Assembly (NCBI GenBank): GCA_964036045.1
Contig: OZ038378.1
Location: forward strand, 179,986,001 to 180,050,000
Reading direction: 5' to 3'
DNA length: 64,000 nt
Source of the DNA: Eutreptiella sp. 'Long Island Sound 2002'
Taxonomy: Eukaryota; Protista; Euglenida
Shown here piece by piece: positions 59,807 to 64,000 of this stretch. The notes beneath the pieces were generated by a model. That model saw nothing but the letters and a program-made list of their open reading frames with translations. It searched no databases and was not told where the DNA came from. Every line of letters starts with the position of its first letter. The first letter of the stretch is position 1. A program made the translations under genes and the position numbers.

Positions 59807-61411
59807 CACGGGGGGGGCGTCTCCTCGGTTCAGGTACGCGAACCCCCCCCCTCCCCCCTCCCTGCCCTCCGGGCCCACTTAGTTACCAGGGGTCAATAGC
59901 TACTGGCCATACATACGGTGGCGCTGAAGGCGCCCAAAAAATTTTTTCACTCCCCTTGCCCACGTAGCATCCCTCCCCGCCCAGGCGGTGGAGCACCCCA
60001 ACCCTAACCCTAGCCCTAATCAAGACTGAATATTGGGACCGAGCTGGTGGGGGAGGGAACATCAGCTATGACTGGTGAGGGACATCAAGAATGATTCACA
60101 CATTGATGGCTCTTGACAAAGTGGAATCGGCTTGCAAGTGAACCCCATCACCACGAGGCCCACTTTCAAGGCTTTTTGGACTTCTGAGGGGCCAAAATAC
60201 CCCAAAATGGGCTCAAAATGGGCTCATTTCACCCGTTTGTGCACCCCAAATGGTCTAGGATGAGGTTTGGAAAAATGCGTTTTTGACCCATTTTTTACCC
60301 ATTTTTGGTCCCAAAACAGCCCATTTCCAAGGCATTTTGGGATTTTCGGAGGACCAAAATGGGCCACCACAAGCTCAAAACGGCCCAAAAACACTTGTTT
60401 TAGCGTCGCACATGGTCGAGGATCATTTTTTGAGAAAAGTCATCTTTTTGCCCCTACTGGACCCTGTTGACCCATTTGGGCACCCACCTGTTTGGGCTTG
60501 AGCTCGCAGCTTGCCGCAACCTAGTGGGCCTAGGTATGGGGGTCTAGACGTCCATTTGGGCAATTTTGAGCGGTGGAAACCACCAAAAGTGGGGGGTTGC
60601 GGGTGGAGTAGGTGCCCTCGGAATCGCATTTTGAGCCATGTAGCCAAAGATATGGCCTATTCTTGGTTTGTGGCTGTCGGCATTTGGAGCTTCTGGGGGC
60701 CTTTTTTGGCCGTTTCCACGACATATCATGGAGTTAGAGGGCCGCAAAGAGCTCGTTGACATGGGGAAGTCAAGCCGCACGTGGAGTGTACCCACCGTTT
60801 CCCTTTGTTTGGCCGTTTTGAATGTGTTCCAGGGCTTTTTAAGCCCAAAAATGGCTATTTTTGGCCCTAAACTGCAGTTTTTGAAACTGAGGTCCGCCAC
60901 TTGCGAATCCCGTTCCCGGCCGCCACCGTTGAGTTTCTTGCTCAAACTTTGTGTGATTGTACTTCACACCCATAGGTATCATCCACCAAAATTTCACCCG
61001 AATCCGAAGCACCACGACGGAGTTCTGATTTTGGCCCATTTCGCGCGTGCTGCTTGCTTGCTGCTTGCTGCTTGCTTGCTGCTTGCTTGCTAAACCTGGT
61101 AGGTCCACCCTAGACACTAAAAAGGGTTATAAAACCAAGACTGGTTCCACCAGCTCGGTGACCCTAGCCCTAGCTCTCACCCCAGAGGGAGGCCAGGGGG
61201 GGGTAACGGGAGCTTGTGCCCCCCCCCCCACCAACCCAAATCGCCCCACCTGGACCCCCCCCCCCACTGACCCTCCCGACCCCCCCCCTCCCATCGCCCC
61301 TCCCTGAACCCCCCCTCCAATCCCCCCCCCCCCCCCCCTTGGGGGCCTTTGGCCCATTTCTACTTGGGGGGGGGGAGTCGCGTACAAAAGCGAGGAGACG
61401 GCCCACCCGTG
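59807..61411. mobile_element. Non-autonomous hAT-like element with 21-bp TIRs and perfect 8-bp TSD CACCTAAT
   Basis: TSD at 59799-59806 and 61412-61419; TIR CACGGGGGGGGCGTCTCCTCG vs reverse complement CACGGGTGGGCCGTCTCCTCG (2 mismatches); further internal inverted blocks; no transposase ORF. Confidence 0.85.
60136..61090 (+). repeat. Probable nested insertion ending in a (GCTT/GCT)n tail
   Basis: AT-run-rich ~950 bp between GCTTGC on the left and a GCTTGCT tandem tail on the right; single copy in this window. Confidence 0.4.
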
Positions 61412-61581
61412 CACCTAATGTTGCTCTGACACAGGGGGGCGGGGTTGTAAAGTAGGATATGGTTCCAAAAGTTGCGGGAACAACACCCAGTGTTGCTCTG
61501 ACAAGGGCAGTGCTCTTGCAAGGGCGAGGGGGGGGGGGATATGGTGTGTGCCCTACAGGCAAGATTCTGGGGTTGATTCTG

Positions 61582-61854
61582 GGGAATGCCGTGCACGCAG
61601 TGCGAAGTTTTGGATGTCGCCATCTACTAAGAGCTCTATTAAGCAGAGAATGGTGCAAAATGCATTCGGTTCTGTGCACAAGAGTCTCCACACTACATGT
61701 CTCAAAATCACCCACAGAGTGCTTATTTTGGCCACTCGAAGGTTAAGAGGTCACACCAAAGATTGGATTGTAACTTTGGAAAACGGACCCTCCCCATCTC
61801 AGCCTCCGCGTGCGCAGTATGCACGCAGTGCGCACGCAATGCAAGAACTTCCCC
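61582..61854 (+). mobile_element. 273-bp MITE of the same Harbinger family as 25484-27120, 3-bp TSD CTG
   Basis: CTG|GGGAATGCCGTGCACGCAGTGCGAAGTTTTGGATGTCG...GCAATGCAAGAACTTCCCC|CTG; both ends align with the long element. Confidence 0.8.
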
Positions 61855-64000
61855 CTGGTCTGCTTGGGGGGCTTCTCTGAGGGTGAGTAAAGCTGGGGCT
61901 ACTTGGTAGCCCCAAAAGTAGCACGCCGGCAAACGCTCCCCCTGTAGCCATATTACCCCTCTCTGCCCTTACTTCACGGGATGTGAAACGCCCCTGTGTA
62001 TGGAAGTATGCCATTTCCTCTACCCGTGTGTGCAACCTCCTCTCCAAAGCAGCCACACACAGCAGATAGACAATTATGCCAGTTATGTACCCACAACGTG
62101 TGGCACAGCCTGACTTTAGGCATCTGTGGCTCTCACACGAATGGGAGCTTTGACACAGCCACAGCTTAATCTTGTTTCTTCGGTGCTTCTCCACGTCAAC
62201 GAAAAGATGTCGCGATGTCTTCGCATGGCGGGATGTCTGCGCAACTGTGCCAAATGGTGTGGGCCCCGGCACGTAGGACCTGCTCTACAACCCTCTGGAG
62301 ACGGTCACAGTCCAAAAGCTGTGGGATCCCGAACTTATATGCAGCGTTTCGTGTGGGAAAGGGCTGCCCTTTGGCAATGAGAGATTTCCTTCTCTTTTCT
62401 TTGGCCCTCAGGACGGCCTCAGGGTATCGGTTGCAGGATAGGTCAAGGTTGGCGCTTAACTGATGGCAGTTGATTGTCAACCAAGGCGAATTGGCCCATG
62501 CAGCAGTTACTCGTTGGCTGGCGCTCTGCTGAGGTCAGAGCATACGGAAGACAGGCACTTTTTGTTGTTTCATTTTGGCAGTGAGGACAGCCCTAGTGTG
62601 GGGTGCCAGTGCAGCCTAATTGAACATGGCTTCTGGTAGCACGAAGCAACTTGTCTATTTCACCCTCGGGACATATTTGGACCTGTACTCACATGCGCAC
62701 ATTGCATGTACTGGAGCCTGAGCACAGTTCATCCACTCCAACACTTTGCATTGCGATGTGTATGCTCCGGCGTGCAAAAGATGGGCACTGACCGCACGGT
62801 CCCCTCAACAAATGACGCTTCCTGCCAACGTTCTTGTGTCACTCATGTGCCAATGGTGACTCTGGCACGCGGTGACCCTTACGGCCTTACGGCGGACGAC
62901 TTTGTCGGACTCCCGATGGGACATCCGAGGGGCCACCGCACAGCGCATGAAGCGCTTGCGGGACGAGAACCCACCCGAGACACACAAGAAACGGAGGACA
63001 GAGACGCCGGAGGTTCCTAGTGATCTCCAGGATATGGAAATCCCGCTGGAGGACATGGGCGATGTCATAGTCTTGACTGGATTGTAACACCCCGAGAGGT
63101 CCGGGAGGACGCGCATACCCGTGCAAACGGGGCGACAGGGGTGGGGCAAGGCGCAGGACTCGTTCCTCCCGCCACCCCGCCGCAGCCGTCTTGGTGAGGG
63201 TAGGTCATACCAAACCCATACCCAAAGTCGGCCCTGTCACTGACCCATGACCTGCTATGTGTACTCTCAATGGACACTTGGTGGAACTTCGGTCACGAGT
63301 TAAAAAAAAAAATTTTTAATTTCTTCACCCCCTGCATGCGCAAGAGACGGCCTTGTCCAAGGTACAGTATGTGTCCAGACCAATTTCGGACCCAGGCATC
63401 TCTGCACAACCCTCCCGCCACTGGCTCCTCATAACCTTTCGACGTCTTGTAGTGACAGGGAGCTGTAGTTGTGCATCAGGGTGTACAGCAGATATCTGAA
63501 TTTTGACTTTATCCAGGTTGCCATGGAATGCAGTATTTATGGCCTCTGGCCCAGACTTTGCTGTGGTGTATACATATGATGCAGTCCAGGCTACTGTGTG
63601 CATATCTCTGGGGGTCGTTGCATTTCATGCCAACACGGAGCGTTTTCAGGGGTTGGTGCCTTTGTTGCTTCATTTGTTCCCGCTGAGTGTCCCAAAGGGG
63701 GGGGGGGGGGGTGTGGGGTATATTCCCAAAGCCCTTGAAAAGGGCTATTTGGAACACCCTGGGTCTGGATGCTGTACTGACGACATGTTTGAGAATTTCG
63801 TCCGTTTTGGACGGTGTGTCTGCTAGGTGCTGCCTCTGTTTGTCAATAGGCAGCTACCATGTCTGCATACAATTCACATGACGTGCTGTTGCTTCCCCCG
63901 ATGCACCACAGAAACCTTTGGTGCGCAAAAAGGCTTGCTCTGGGGGTGCAGAGTGGGTGCAGGTGACTCGGCACCCTGCCAAGCAGGCCAAGAAGCTGCG

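Noticed and set aside
60000-60019. Telomere or chromosome-fusion scar
   Set aside because: Only about three imperfect units, lying inside a TIR/TSD-bounded element.
61900-63300. Protein-coding gene from short ORFs (62126, 62215, 62706, 62872)
   Set aside because: Fragmented frames without recognisable motifs or consistent splice sites; probably decayed mobile DNA.

Overview
Eukaryotic nuclear DNA, most likely from a photosynthetic euglenid. This is an inference from GTGTG/GTATG-type donors, a euglenid-like plastid presequence and euglenozoan-style tyrosine-recombinase retroelements. Four host genes lie on the + strand: (1) a 5'-partial LamG-like/armadillo-repeat protein with a long acidic tail (2-2824); (2) a CRTISO-like FAD oxidoreductase with 9 recognisable exons (about 34.2-45.9 kb), whose 8 resolved introns are all GT-AG and phase-consistent but whose first exon(s) were not found; (3) an intronless ALMT-family anion channel (49653-51140); (4) an intronless GT92/DUF23-like glycosyltransferase (56093-57376). 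Nearly everything else is transposon-derived. The 11-33 kb block holds two diverged L1/Tx1-like LINEs whose ORF2 ends in a cellular-type RNase HI placed after the zinc knuckle, a decayed tyrosine recombinase, and a decayed DIRS-type RT/RNase H. It also has two copies of an unrecognised ~210-aa ORF, tRNA-derived Pol III-box modules, and a repeated ~200-nt element with a covarying hairpin. A PIF/Harbinger element sits in LINE ORF1 with a clean 3-bp TSD, and its removal restores the frame. Several MITEs with verifiable TIRs/TSDs and several tandem arrays are present. All calls come from reading the sequence by eye; no database searches were run.
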